From NCBI GenBank assembly GCA_021734995.1, contig JAIPHX010000004.1:18115-82114 (forward strand): a stretch of DNA of 64,000 nt. Direction: 5' to 3'. This document shows, one piece after another, positions 37,764 through 48,577 of this stretch; the stretch's first letter is position 1; each line of letters starts with the position of its first letter. The notes beneath the pieces are model-generated. The model did no database searches and was not told the DNA's origin. It was given only the letters and a program-made list of their open reading frames with translations. This DNA comes from Minisyncoccota bacterium. GTDB taxonomy: Bacteria > Patescibacteriota > Minisyncoccia > Phycocordibacterales > UBA9973. The position numbers and the translations under genes were made by a program.

Positions 37764-40061
37764 TTATCCTAAAATTTTTCGCAAGACATCTTCAGGTACT
37801 TCTTTTGTTTTATTTTTCAGATCTTCTTGTTTCTTTTTACTGTCATATTCTTCGTTTTCGTCTTCTTGTTTCTTTTGATCATCATTTACCTGTTTTTCAT
37901 CTTCTTCTGTATTTTGATTATCAATTATCTCATCTTTTTTATTTTCTTGTTTAACTTCAGAATCTTCTAGAGGTCTTTCCCTTTCTGGAACTTTTGATAT
38001 TTCAGGCATTTCTATTTCGCGCACTATTCCAGAAAATACTGGAGTTTGTTCTTTTACATCTTCTTCTTTTTTTATCTCATTGACTTCTTTTGTTACAATT
38101 TTTTCAGTTATTTCTTTTGTTTCATCTATATCACTTATTTCCTCAAACTTTCCAATAAAATCTTTAAGCTTATTCATTTCTTCTAATGAAGCAGATTTAT
38201 CATTTTTAGGTGGTTTATTTTCTGTTTTTGATTTCAATATGTCTAAAGAAGCAGGAGGTTCTACCGGCTCACTTACCACTTCTTTTATTTCTTCTTTAGC
38301 TTTTATTTCTTCTGTTTTATTATTTAAAGTCTTATTTAAAATATCTTTTAAAGCACTTGTATCTCTTTCTTTTTCATTTTTATTTTTATTTTTTGAAAAA
38401 ACATTTTTGATTCCAGAAAATATTTTTGGTCTACCTGAACTTTTGTTATTATTACTTTCCCTCGAATCCTTAGAAGGTTCTTTGCTTTGTTCATTACTCT
38501 CTTCTTGTGCAAACTCTATTCCTAGATCCATTAATGGTTTATAAAACTTAGTAGGCTTGTAGTTTGACACAGACTCACCTTTCACTGGCTTCATTTCTCC
38601 TGCTTTTATTTTAGTAATACAATCTTTACAATACACAGGTCTTCCTTTTTCTGGTTTAAAAGGAACTTTTGTCGCATTTCCACAAGAAGAACACTCTACA
38701 TCAAATTTTTCAAAATTATTATTACCAGGATTTCCGTTTTCATCCAGAATAGACATTCCACTCCAATTATTTATTTCTTTTTCTACCTCTTCCTTTGTTT
38801 TACAATATAATTCACGAGACATTTTTATCACTTCCGTTTCTATTTCCTGATTACCAGATTTTACCAATTGAGGCATTGTTTTTGCAGAAAATGGACGCGA
38901 TGTAACTCCGTCAATCATAAGCTTCATATATACTTTATAATTCGGTAAATTAACAATATCCTCTGGAGTAAATTCTGGTTCAAATTCTTTTTCCAAAAAA
39001 TCAGCATCATCTGCTCCTACTCTAAACACAATCATTGTTCCAATGTTTCCAAAGATAGCATCACGAACAGAAGAGCTTTCTTTGGTAACAAGCTGAGCAG
39101 TGTATTGGTGAGCAACTGTAAGATTTAGGCGGTATTTTCTAGCTTCAGAAAGAATACCTGCAAAAGCATCTGTAACGAAATTTTGAAATTCGTCCACGTA
39201 AAGATAGAAATCTTTACGTTCATCTTCTGGGATACGTACTCTTTCCATCGCAGCAAGCTGAATTTTAGTAATAATCATACCTCCAAGAAGAGCTGAGTTG
39301 TCTTCTCCAATTCTTCCTTTTGAAACGTTTACCAAAAATATTTTTCCTTCATTCATCATATCAAAAATATTGATAGTACTTTTAGACTGACCCACAATAT
39401 TTCTAATAATAGAAGTAGATAAAAATTGCCCTACTTTGTTTTGAATAGGAGCGATAGCTTCGTTTCTAAATTTATCTTGCCATTCTTCGTATTCATGTAT
39501 CCAAAAAGCTTTAATGACAGGATCTTTCAAATTGGTGATTATTTTTTGTCTATAATCTTTGTCTACCAACATTCTAGGGATACCAAGAAGAGTAGTTCCA
39601 GGAGTATCTAGTAAAGCCAAAATAGCATTATTTAAAATATATTCCATTCTGGCACTCCAAGCATTTGCCCATATTTTTGTAAATATTCCCATCAAACCAG
39701 AAGCTACTAAATGCTTATACTTAGGATCTATTAATTCCAGCACATTAAAACCTATATGATATTCTGTATCAGCAGGATTAAAATATATTACATCTTTTAA
39801 TCTATGAGGTGGTATAGCAGAAAGGACACCTTCCACATTCTCTCCATGAGGATCCACAAGACATACACCATCTCCATTCTGGATGTTTTGAATAATCATA
39901 TTGAACATTAGAGCAGATTTACCAGTACCAGATTTTCCAAGAATATATACATGCTGACGTCTGTCTCTACGCTTTATACCAAAGAGTTTATTTTGGTCAC
40001 GAAAACTGGCTAAGCCAAGATATGTAAGGTCTCTATTACGTGGTAAGTCTGATAAATCCAT
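37764..40061 (-). CDS. VirB4/TraD/HerA-like ATPase with CxxC-x17-CxxC domain and acidic low-complexity tail
   Basis: GKSGTGKS, DPHGE, VDEFQN, EARKYRL; CSSC-x17-CKDC. Confidence 0.88.
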   Translation of the reverse strand: MDLSDLPRNRDLTYLGLASFRDQNKLFGIKRRDRRQHVYILGKSGTGKSALMFNMIIQNIQNGDGVCLVDPHGENVEGVLSAIPPHRLKDVIYFNPADTEYHIGFNVLELIDPKYKHLVASGLMGIFTKIWANAWSARMEYILNNAILALLDTPGTTLLGIPRMLVDKDYRQKIITNLKDPVIKAFWIHEYEEWQDKFRNEAIAPIQNKVGQFLSTSIIRNIVGQSKSTINIFDMMNEGKIFLVNVSKGRIGEDNSALLGGMIITKIQLAAMERVRIPEDERKDFYLYVDEFQNFVTDAFAGILSEARKYRLNLTVAHQYTAQLVTKESSSVRDAIFGNIGTMIVFRVGADDADFLEKEFEPEFTPEDIVNLPNYKVYMKLMIDGVTSRPFSAKTMPQLVKSGNQEIETEVIKMSRELYCKTKEEVEKEINNWSGMSILDENGNPGNNNFEKFDVECSSCGNATKVPFKPEKGRPVYCKDCITKIKAGEMKPVKGESVSNYKPTKFYKPLMDLGIEFAQEESNEQSKEPSKDSRESNNNKSSGRPKIFSGIKNVFSKNKNKNEKERDTSALKDILNKTLNNKTEEIKAKEEIKEVVSEPVEPPASLDILKSKTENKPPKNDKSASLEEMNKLKDFIGKFEEISDIDETKEITEKIVTKEVNEIKKEEDVKEQTPVFSGIVREIEMPEISKVPERERPLEDSEVKQENKKDEIIDNQNTEEDEKQVNDDQKKQEDENEEYDSKKKQEDLKNKTKEVPEDVLRKILG

Positions 40062-40098
40062 ATATATAAATTATACCTTGCACAGAATGTTTTATCAA

Positions 40099-40131
40099 TA
40101 AAAAAACTGGCTTTGCGAAGCCAGTTTTTTT
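40099..40131 (-). terminator. Intrinsic terminator after dnaK
   Basis: AAAAAAACTGGCTT-tgcg-AAGCCAGTTTTTTT. Confidence 0.8.
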
Positions 40132-40135
40132 ATCT

Positions 40136-42055
40136 TTAATTTTTAGTACCCTCTGTATCTCCCTTGTTTTCCGCTTCATTGAATTCTGCATCTCGCACTT
40201 CTGCGGGTTGCTCTTCAGGAGTAGCATTACTTTCAGGATTTGGCTCATTCGTACCAGCTTTAGCCATAGCTTCCCCTATCTTTGACATTTCAGAAGAAAG
40301 CTCTTCGGTGGCTTTTTTGATAGCTTCCATGTCATTCCCATCTTTTACTGATTTCAAATTTGAAATCTTTGTTTCTACTTCTTTTTTCAAATCTTCAGGG
40401 ATACTTGCTTCATTATCTTTCAAAGCCTTTTCAGCTGTGTAGATTATCATCTCTCCTGTATTTTTTACATCTACTATTTCTTTTTTCTTTTTATCTTCTT
40501 CAGCGTGGACTTCAGCATCTTGTTGCATTTTTTTAATATCTTCTTCTTTCAATCCAGAGCTAGCTTCTATTTTTATAGACTGTACTTTCCCAGATGCTTT
40601 TTCTTTTGCTGTAACATTTAAAATACCATTTGCATCTACATCAAAAGTAACTTCCACTTGAGGAATTCCTCTTGGAGCAGGTGGTACCCCATCTAAGATA
40701 AATTTACCGAGAGATTTATTGTCATTTGCCATTGGTCTTTCTCCTTGTACTATATGTATCTCCACTGAAGTTTGGTTGTCCGCAGCAGTAGAGAAAACCT
40801 GTGATTTAGAAGCTGGAATGGTAGTGTTTCTCTCAATCAATTTTGTGGCTACTCCACCAAGTGTTTCTATCCCCAAGGAAAGAGGTATCACATCAAGAAG
40901 TAGTACATCTCTAACTTCTCCTTTTAAAACTCCAGCTTGAACCGCAGCTCCTAGTGCCACTACTTCGTCTGGGTTAATAGACATGTTTGGAGTTTTTCCA
41001 AAAAAGTTTTTTACTGCTTCTGTTATGGCAGGCATTCTTGTCTGACCTCCCACCATGATTATTTCATTAATATCACCCATTTTAAATGGAGAAGCTTCTA
41101 ATGCTCTCTTTGTAATTTCAATAGATCTGTCTATATATTCACGAGCCAAAGATTCCAAAGTAGCTCTAGTCATTTTCAAAAGTAAATGTTTAGGGCCATC
41201 AGCTCCAGAAGTGATGAATGGTATATTTATTTCAGTTTCAGTAGTAGTAGAAAGTTCATGTTTCGCTTTTTCTGCCCCTTCTTTTAATCTTTGATGTGCA
41301 AGAGGGTCTTTAGATACATCAATACCTGACTCTTTTTTAAATTCCTCAGCAATCCAAGTAATAATCTTTCTATCAATATCACCACCTCCCATATGACTAT
41401 CTCCGTCTGTAGATTTTACTTCTATTACATCATCCCCAATTTCTAAAATAGATACATCAAATGTTCCTCCTCCAAAGTCATACACTACGATTTTTTCATT
41501 TTTCTTTTTATCAAAACCATAAGCTAATGCTGCAGCGGTAGGCTCGTTGATTATTCTCTTTACATCAAGCCCCGCAATCGCTCCAGCATCTTTTGTGGCC
41601 TTTCTTTGAGAATCATTAAAATATGCAGGGACAGTAATCACCGCTTCAGTTACTTTTTCTCCTGTTTTTGCCTCCACATCTGCTTTTATTTTTTGCAAAA
41701 GCATTGCAGAAATTTCTTCTGGACGATAAAACTTATCAGTCATTTTTACTTTTACTCCACCATCTTCACCGTTTTCAATTTTAAATGAAGCTGTTTGTTT
41801 ATCTTTTTGTACTTCTGGATCATCAAAACGATGCCCCATATATCGCTTTACTTCAGCTATTGTATTTTCAGGATTAGTCACAGCTTGTCTTTTAGCCAAA
41901 AGCCCAACCAAACGATCCCCGTTTTTTGCCATAGCAATCACAGAAGGAGTAGTTCTATTTCCTTCTACGTTTTCCACAATTTTAGGAGCACCTCCTTCAA
42001 TAATGGCTACGGCAGAATTTGTTGTCCCCAAATCAATTCCTATTATTTTACTCAT
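40136..42055 (-). CDS. dnaK: Chaperone DnaK
   Basis: [29 protein letters not shown]. Confidence 0.98.
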   Translation of the reverse strand: MSKIIGIDLGTTNSAVAIIEGGAPKIVENVEGNRTTPSVIAMAKNGDRLVGLLAKRQAVTNPENTIAEVKRYMGHRFDDPEVQKDKQTASFKIENGEDGGVKVKMTDKFYRPEEISAMLLQKIKADVEAKTGEKVTEAVITVPAYFNDSQRKATKDAGAIAGLDVKRIINEPTAAALAYGFDKKKNEKIVVYDFGGGTFDVSILEIGDDVIEVKSTDGDSHMGGGDIDRKIITWIAEEFKKESGIDVSKDPLAHQRLKEGAEKAKHELSTTTETEINIPFITSGADGPKHLLLKMTRATLESLAREYIDRSIEITKRALEASPFKMGDINEIIMVGGQTRMPAITEAVKNFFGKTPNMSINPDEVVALGAAVQAGVLKGEVRDVLLLDVIPLSLGIETLGGVATKLIERNTTIPASKSQVFSTAADNQTSVEIHIVQGERPMANDNKSLGKFILDGVPPAPRGIPQVEVTFDVDANGILNVTAKEKASGKVQSIKIEASSGLKEEDIKKMQQDAEVHAEEDKKKKEIVDVKNTGEMIIYTAEKALKDNEASIPEDLKKEVETKISNLKSVKDGNDMEAIKKATEELSSEMSKIGEAMAKAGTNEPNPESNATPEEQPAEVRDAEFNEAENKGDTEGTKN

Positions 42056-42120
42056 AATTTTATTTTAAATTAAACTTATAATATATATAAAAATAAAGGT
42101 TTTATTATATTTATACCTTT

Positions 42121-42138
42121 ATTTTGCGACCGCAAAAT
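42121..42138. promoter_or_regulatory. Palindromic operator-like site between divergent dnaK and PaaX-like gene
   Basis: ATTTTGCG-AC-CGCAAAAT, immediately upstream of a TTGTCA -35-like box. Confidence 0.55.
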
Positions 42139-42174
42139 ACTTGTCAAAAGTAGTATATATGATATACTACCCCT

Positions 42175-42693
42175 ATGTCAAGTAAATCAGACTATTCCAA
42201 AAAAATATTAGGTATTTTAGGCCAAAAAACAGCCATCTCTTTAGAGAATATCAAAAAAGGAGAAGACTCTAAAGCGAAATATGCTCTGACTAGATCTGTA
42301 AAAAATATGATTGAAGGAGGATTGGCTGAAATACACAAATCTACCAACCAAACTTTTTTAAAAATCACCCCAAAAGGTAAAGCAAAATTAAATTGTCTAA
42401 AATTAGAAGGTAAGGATGCTTTGGTTTCCAATTCTTGGGATGGTATGTGGAGGATTATTATTTTAGACATGCCAGAAACTAGAAAAAATGAGCGTGATAG
42501 TTTAAGATATATATTAAAGAAGGCAAATTTTGTTTGTATTAAAAATACTGTATGGGTATCCCCTTTCCCTTATGAACATTTGTTCTATAATTTAAAGAAG
42601 GACTTAGGATTATCCACAGAACTTATCATTATCGTCACAAACAAAGTAGACGATGATACTGCCAAAAATTTTTTGGAATCAATAAAATCATGA
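42175..42693 (+). CDS. PaaX-like regulator (winged HTH + Cas2-like domain)
   Basis: LKITPKG wing; WDGMWRIIILDMPE..K..RD.LR..L...F.....VWVSP. Confidence 0.8.
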   Translation: MSSKSDYSKKILGILGQKTAISLENIKKGEDSKAKYALTRSVKNMIEGGLAEIHKSTNQTFLKITPKGKAKLNCLKLEGKDALVSNSWDGMWRIIILDMPETRKNERDSLRYILKKANFVCIKNTVWVSPFPYEHLFYNLKKDLGLSTELIIIVTNKVDDDTAKNFLESIKS

Positions 42694-43379
42694 AGATACA
42701 TAGATTTATCGGGGATTACAATTTGAATAAAGATTTCATTACTATTACTGATCTATCTCAAGTAAAGCAAATTAAAAATGTTTTAAAGTTAAATATTAAT
42801 GAACACATTTTTTTATCGGATGGGATGGGAAAAGAAATTGAAGCAGAAATTCAAAATATTCAAAAAGAACAAATTATGGTAAAAAAAGTAGTGGAAATTA
42901 TTACAGAAAAAGAAAATAAAAAAGTGAACTTGTATCTTGCTATCTTAAAGAAAGAAAACTTTGAATTAGCCGTCCAAAAAGCAGTAGAATGTGGCGTGTC
43001 AGAAATCACACCAATTTTAACAAAAAGAACAATAAAGACAGGTATCAAGAAAGATAGGCTTGAAAAAATAATCAAAGAGGCATGTGAACAATCTGGAAGA
43101 AATATTATTCCAAAAATAAATGAAATTACAACTTTTGAAAATGCATTACAAGAAGGACAAAAAAACGATCGTAAGGTGATTTTTCATTTTTCCAAAGAAG
43201 AATACTCAAATATCCCTGATATCAAAAGCATCGCTATATTTATAGGGCCAGAAGGTGGTTTTACTGATACTGAAATATCATTTGCAAGAGAACAAAAATA
43301 TGAAATTTGCTCTTTAGGTGACCATACACTACGAGCTGAGACTGCTTGTATTGTAGGGAGTTATCTTGCTTGCCACTAA
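42690..43379 (+). CDS. rsmE: 16S rRNA m3U1498 methyltransferase
   Basis: QKAVECGV, EACEQSGR, IGPEGGF, LRAETA. Confidence 0.95.
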   Translation: MKIHRFIGDYNLNKDFITITDLSQVKQIKNVLKLNINEHIFLSDGMGKEIEAEIQNIQKEQIMVKKVVEIITEKENKKVNLYLAILKKENFELAVQKAVECGVSEITPILTKRTIKTGIKKDRLEKIIKEACEQSGRNIIPKINEITTFENALQEGQKNDRKVIFHFSKEEYSNIPDIKSIAIFIGPEGGFTDTEISFAREQKYEICSLGDHTLRAETACIVGSYLACH

Positions 43380-45115
43380 TACACCTCTTTATTATAACAC
43401 CCCTCACAATACACTATCTCTGGTCTATCTGGAGCATATGAGGTTTCGAATTCATTTGAGCACTCTTTTGTTCCGTTTGTATGCATATGTGCTTCTTTAT
43501 CACACATACAAGAGCGGTGCCAGAGTTTCATTGGGTTTCTTTTTGATAGTCTTTCGTAGTGTCTACAATTGGGACAGGTGTTTGGAACAGGAATTTTATT
43601 TTTTTTATAAAAAGACAACTCACTCTCTGTAAGTTTAAAAGCTTCAGTACATTTATGTTCACACTTACCTAAGTGTGAACAACCTATAATATTATTTAAT
43701 ATAGTATCATCAACATCTTTAATATTATCTGGTATACCTTGTGAAGGCAAATCTATCCTATAGTTCCTCTCTTCATCATCTTTCCATTTAAAACAAAGAT
43801 CTAGGGCAATATTTTTATTCAAAGGAAAAAATTCTTGAGCAGTTGATTCATTGTACGAAAAAGGAGACAGATCATATGGAAAGAATTCTCCATATTTATA
43901 TATTCTATTTTTTTTATCAATATATGGATTAGAATTCATTTCTTCTTTAATCTTTTCAATTAAAATTTGGTATTCCTCTTTTGTGTATTGTTTATTTAAA
44001 ATACAATATGACTTTTTTTGCAGAGAAATACAACCAAAAAGAAAAGAAGACCCTTTACACATTTCTGAATATTCTACATTGTTTGAGGTATCTACCACAT
44101 GCACAAACTTTGTATTTGATACTTCTTCAGGGCTCATCGCTTCATATACATATTGACTATTACCCATACCATAACAATCGTATATTTCTTTTGAGGAAAA
44201 AACCCATGCAGAGTATCTACTATTCTCTAGATCAAAACCATCAAATACCATTTTCGAATTTTTAGTATTTACTAGATTATCTCCTGTAGAATTTTGACAA
44301 CTTACTAAGTTTCCGTATTTATGTATAGATTGTTTTTTAATATTATCAAAAAGTTTTTTATACTCATCAATAATCTTTTTTGAACCTAAATCAATTTCCT
44401 TTAATCTTTCGAGATAAGCATCTTTTGAAAGATTTTCTCCCATAAACGTATATGAACTATTTCTTTTATTTATAATTCCAAAACAATTAGAGATATTTCT
44501 AGAGTTTGAAACAAAATAAGAATCAATCAATGCTTCAGATTTTTCTGAATAAAATGTATTATATGATTTTTCAACATTAAAAGCTTCGTATAAATTCTCT
44601 GAATAATGAGAATAAACTACGTCCATACATTTTTTTAAATTAACTGCTCTAGCTACATACATACAATCTTCTGAATCTCTAAACCCGTAAGAAAGATAGC
44701 AATTTTTGTTATTGTATGATTGGTTGGTATATGGCGAATTTGTACATTGTACAGTCCAAATACCCAATCTGGGTACTTTTAGTTGTAATTCTCTAAATAA
44801 TTCGAAAAAAGATTTTAAATTATCATATTCAATTCCAAAATCTATTGGATCCCAATTATCGCTATACCAACAATCTCTACAATATATCGTATAACATGAA
44901 TCTTTGGGGTACAAAGAAATGAAAGATTTTTTACATAAATCACAATCTCTTTTATACAAAGACCTTTCATTTCTCCACATAAATCTCCTCTGCATCCTAC
45001 ACTCCGGACAAAAAGTAGGTGGTGGTACCTTGATTTTTTGATAGAAAAGAAAGTCTTCTGACTCTATCATAAAGTCATTTTTGCAATTTTGACAGTTTTT
45101 AGTTTCTGGTGGCAT
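43376..45115 (-). CDS. Cys-rich multi-zinc-ribbon paralog (copy F)
   Basis: CQNC...PPPTFCPECR N-terminus, C..L..K.YCILNKQY repeat, C-terminal x17-CEGC. Confidence 0.85.
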   Translation of the reverse strand: MPPETKNCQNCKNDFMIESEDFLFYQKIKVPPPTFCPECRMQRRFMWRNERSLYKRDCDLCKKSFISLYPKDSCYTIYCRDCWYSDNWDPIDFGIEYDNLKSFFELFRELQLKVPRLGIWTVQCTNSPYTNQSYNNKNCYLSYGFRDSEDCMYVARAVNLKKCMDVVYSHYSENLYEAFNVEKSYNTFYSEKSEALIDSYFVSNSRNISNCFGIINKRNSSYTFMGENLSKDAYLERLKEIDLGSKKIIDEYKKLFDNIKKQSIHKYGNLVSCQNSTGDNLVNTKNSKMVFDGFDLENSRYSAWVFSSKEIYDCYGMGNSQYVYEAMSPEEVSNTKFVHVVDTSNNVEYSEMCKGSSFLFGCISLQKKSYCILNKQYTKEEYQILIEKIKEEMNSNPYIDKKNRIYKYGEFFPYDLSPFSYNESTAQEFFPLNKNIALDLCFKWKDDEERNYRIDLPSQGIPDNIKDVDDTILNNIIGCSHLGKCEHKCTEAFKLTESELSFYKKNKIPVPNTCPNCRHYERLSKRNPMKLWHRSCMCDKEAHMHTNGTKECSNEFETSYAPDRPEIVYCEGCYNKEVY

Positions 45116-45149
45116 ATATTAAAAGTATATATAATAAAGGGTAATTAGT

Positions 45150-46892
45150 CTAATACACCTCTTTATTATAACACCCTTCACAGTACACTATCTCTGGTCT
45201 ATCTGGAGCATATGAGGTTTCGAATTCTTCTGTGCACTTCCCTACATGTCCATGTTTGTCTTTATCACACATACAAGAGCGGTGCCAGAGTTTCATTGGG
45301 TTTCTTTTTGATAGTCTTTCATAGTGTCTACAATTGGGACAGAGCCTAGGGAGTGGTAGATTCATACGTTTGTAGAATTGTAATTCTTCAGGAATTATCT
45401 TGAAAGCTTCAGTACACTGATGGTTACAATCTTTGTGTTGACACTCAATGACTTTGTTAATAATGAAATCATCTAAATCTTTAATATTATCAGGGATATC
45501 TTCTGTTTTAATATCTATTGTATAGTTTCTTTCTTCTTTATCTTTCCATTCATATCCTTGTTCTTTTGCTTGTTCTTTAATTAAAGGAAAGAATTCTTGA
45601 GCGATTGTTTCATTGTAGGCAAATGGACTTAATTCACTTGGAAAGAATTCTCCATACTTATATACTCTCCCCTTACTATCTATGTATGGCATATCATTCA
45701 TGTGTTTTATTATTTTAGGAACTAGATCTTCATATTCTTCTTTGGTGTATTGTTTGTTTAGAATGCAGTATTGTTTGTTACGGAGGCCGATGCAGGCAAA
45801 GAGATTAGAACAAGATTTACACATCATGGAGTACGTTAAATTATGACTTACATCGATAGAGAAAGTGAACAAATTTGTATTTGGAGAAAAACCACAACCC
45901 ACACTTTCGTAAACAAGTTCTCCGTTGGCAACGCCATGTACATCATAAACATCTTTACATCCTTTTAAAACTCGCATACTGTAAGCTACATTTTCTGAAG
46001 AAGTTACATCAAAAGATTTTTTAACATTTTTTGAATTCACAATATTATTACCTTTAGAATTTAATGAATTTCTTATTTCAGCATATTTATGAGGTACAGA
46101 ATTCTTCATGCTATAAAAATCTTTTTTAAGCTTCTCGTTAACTACATATGACCCAAAGTCCATTTTATTTATTAAACTATTATATTCTTTAACACTTAAT
46201 TGTTTATTGTAAAAAAAGTTACTGGCATTAATTAAATTAGATGACATGAAACATTGGTTGATATTTGAACTTTTAAAAATAAATTTTGAGTGTATGCCTT
46301 CTTTAACTTGTTGTAAATAACTACATTCATTATTGTGGTAACTATCTAGTGAATTAGAGCATAATTCTGAGTCTTGCAACCAGTCAGAATCAAAACAATT
46401 ATGTAATCCAGAAGAGTTTGAACAATATAACGAGTCTTGACTTTCAATAACAGAAAAACACATATAACAATCTTTAACATTACCATTATAATTTCCATAT
46501 TCACTATTTAACTGTTTACCTTTTGTGTCTGCTGGTATTAACGGCACTTTTTTAAATAATTCATAAAATTGTTCAAAGAACGGATTTGAAAAATTATATT
46601 CTTTTGCATAAAATAGAGGATCCCATCTATCTCCCCACCAACAATCATGACAATAAACCTTAAATAAAGTTTCTTGATAATAATTTGTAACAAACTTTTT
46701 ATTACATAAATCACATCTTTTATGATACAAGTTTCTCTCATTTCTGAAATTCATCCTGCGTACCATCCTACACTCCGGACAAAAAGTAGGTGGTGGTACC
46801 TTGATTTTTTGATAGAAAAGAAAGTCTTCTGACTCTATCATAAAGTCATTTTTGCAATTTTGACAGTTTTTAGTTTCTGATGTCATATACAA
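45150..46892 (-). CDS. Cys-rich multi-zinc-ribbon paralog (copy E)
   Basis: Same architecture and near-identical termini to copies F, D, B. Confidence 0.85.
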   Translation of the reverse strand: MYMTSETKNCQNCKNDFMIESEDFLFYQKIKVPPPTFCPECRMVRRMNFRNERNLYHKRCDLCNKKFVTNYYQETLFKVYCHDCWWGDRWDPLFYAKEYNFSNPFFEQFYELFKKVPLIPADTKGKQLNSEYGNYNGNVKDCYMCFSVIESQDSLYCSNSSGLHNCFDSDWLQDSELCSNSLDSYHNNECSYLQQVKEGIHSKFIFKSSNINQCFMSSNLINASNFFYNKQLSVKEYNSLINKMDFGSYVVNEKLKKDFYSMKNSVPHKYAEIRNSLNSKGNNIVNSKNVKKSFDVTSSENVAYSMRVLKGCKDVYDVHGVANGELVYESVGCGFSPNTNLFTFSIDVSHNLTYSMMCKSCSNLFACIGLRNKQYCILNKQYTKEEYEDLVPKIIKHMNDMPYIDSKGRVYKYGEFFPSELSPFAYNETIAQEFFPLIKEQAKEQGYEWKDKEERNYTIDIKTEDIPDNIKDLDDFIINKVIECQHKDCNHQCTEAFKIIPEELQFYKRMNLPLPRLCPNCRHYERLSKRNPMKLWHRSCMCDKDKHGHVGKCTEEFETSYAPDRPEIVYCEGCYNKEVY

Positions 46893-46913
46893 GTTATATT
46901 AAAACAATCCCAG

Positions 46914-47831
46914 CTAGAAATCAATCAGCAATATATTCTTTCCTTTTGAGTGACCTTTTTTTTGATATTTTAAAGCTTTTTTAAAGTGTTTAATATTAAA
47001 ATACTTATCCACAACAACCTTTATTGTTCCTTTTCCAATAAGTTTAACGATCTGCCCCAAGTCTTTTGAATCTGAATGAAACAAAAAATGCTTAGCTAAA
47101 ATATCATATCCTTCCAAATCTTCACTAGTTGGTTTTCCATTTATTGATAAATATTTTCCACCTTTCTTTAATACCTTAAAAAGAGTACTCTTCATTGAAA
47201 CACTATCAAGAACACAATCAAGATCTTTTATCTTATTAAAACTTGAAGTGTTGGTATAGTCTAAAATCTCATCAGCCCCAATATTATATAAAAACTTATG
47301 GTTTTTCTTTGAAGCAGAAGTATACACATACGCCCCTTTCCATTTAGCAAACTGTATTGCAAACAAACCCACTCCTCCAGCCCCAGCAGTTATAAATATC
47401 TTTTGTCCTTTTTTTAAATTAAGTTCTTTAAATAGAGATTGCCAAGCTGTCAGACTAGCCAAAGGAATTGATGCTGATTTTAAAAGAGATATATTTAATG
47501 GTTTTTTATATATATACATCTCTTTCGTCACTATGTATTCAGCACAAGCCCCCTGTTTCAACCATTCAAGAGATCCAATTACTTTATCTCCTTTTTTATA
47601 TTTTTTTATTTTTTTACCAACCTTAACAGCAACACCAGAAAAATCACTACCTAAAATATATGGCTTTTTAAATATATTATATTCTATTCCTTTCCAATCT
47701 ACAGGGTTTAATCCAACAGCTTTTACTTTAATTAAAATTTCATTATTTAAAATATCAGGGATAGGAATTCTTTTTATTCTTATATAGTTTCCTGATATAT
47801 TTTTATCTACAAAAATAGCTTTCATAATCAA
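46914..47831 (-). CDS. NADP-dependent oxidoreductase (quinone reductase/MDR family)
   Basis: GLNPVDWK, GSDFSG, LTAWQ, AGAGGVG. Confidence 0.9.
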   Translation of the reverse strand: MIMKAIFVDKNISGNYIRIKRIPIPDILNNEILIKVKAVGLNPVDWKGIEYNIFKKPYILGSDFSGVAVKVGKKIKKYKKGDKVIGSLEWLKQGACAEYIVTKEMYIYKKPLNISLLKSASIPLASLTAWQSLFKELNLKKGQKIFITAGAGGVGLFAIQFAKWKGAYVYTSASKKNHKFLYNIGADEILDYTNTSSFNKIKDLDCVLDSVSMKSTLFKVLKKGGKYLSINGKPTSEDLEGYDILAKHFLFHSDSKDLGQIVKLIGKGTIKVVVDKYFNIKHFKKALKYQKKGHSKGKNILLIDF

Positions 47832-47833
47832 TT

Positions 47834-48556
47834 TTACAAAAAGCTTTTAAACCAAACCAATGTATTCTTAAACAATGAATTTTGTACAACATCTGAGTCA
47901 TTAAAAAGGTGTGTAGCCTTCGGGATAATTTTGAATTTTTTCTGATTTAAATTAAACTTATAATAATTAAAAGCTTTTTTAACCAATGTTCCATTACCAG
48001 CAACAGCAACTAAGATGGGACATTTGAAATTTTTGGCTAAAAAATCCCATTTTAAGTTATTTGTTTCATCAATTAATTTTTTACTAAAAACAGTTGTAAG
48101 CCCCCAAGGCATGATATAACCATCTAATTCTTTAATATATTTACCTATCTTTTTATTAAACATAAATTTATAAGACGGGTCCCATAGAGCAACAGCATCA
48201 AAATTTTGATCTTTGGAAGAAAAGATAACAGGACCTCCAAAACTATGCCCAACAATAAACACCTTTTGAAAACCAAGTTTACGAAAATATCTAACTGTTT
48301 GATCAACATCAAAACCGGAAGTTTTTAAATCACAGTCTATGAATTGACGCGCTTTCGGTCTCCAATCATAAAGATTCAAACGAAAAGTGGCAAATCCATT
48401 ATCCGCAAAAAAGTTAACAGCATCATGAATTAATTTTTCTTCCATATCTCCTGTAAGACCATGAACTATCACAAATAAAGGCTTAGCAAAATCCCCTTTT
48501 AATTTTCCATATAAATATACATCTTTAGCGACTTTAATTTTTACTAATTTTTCCAT
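47834..48556 (-). CDS. Alpha/beta hydrolase
   Basis: HGLTG, GHSFGG nucleophile elbow, ATHLF. Confidence 0.88.
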   Translation of the reverse strand: MEKLVKIKVAKDVYLYGKLKGDFAKPLFVIVHGLTGDMEEKLIHDAVNFFADNGFATFRLNLYDWRPKARQFIDCDLKTSGFDVDQTVRYFRKLGFQKVFIVGHSFGGPVIFSSKDQNFDAVALWDPSYKFMFNKKIGKYIKELDGYIMPWGLTTVFSKKLIDETNNLKWDFLAKNFKCPILVAVAGNGTLVKKAFNYYKFNLNQKKFKIIPKATHLFNDSDVVQNSLFKNTLVWFKSFL

Positions 48557-48577
48557 TTTAAAATATATACTTTTTAA

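Noticed and set aside
36287-40061. Conjugative element or T4SS
   Set aside because: No relaxase, pilin or channel genes; the ATPases sit within the chaperone locus
42175-42693. CRISPR Cas2
   Set aside because: The Cas2-like fold is fused to a wHTH as in PaaX-like proteins; no cas1 or array nearby
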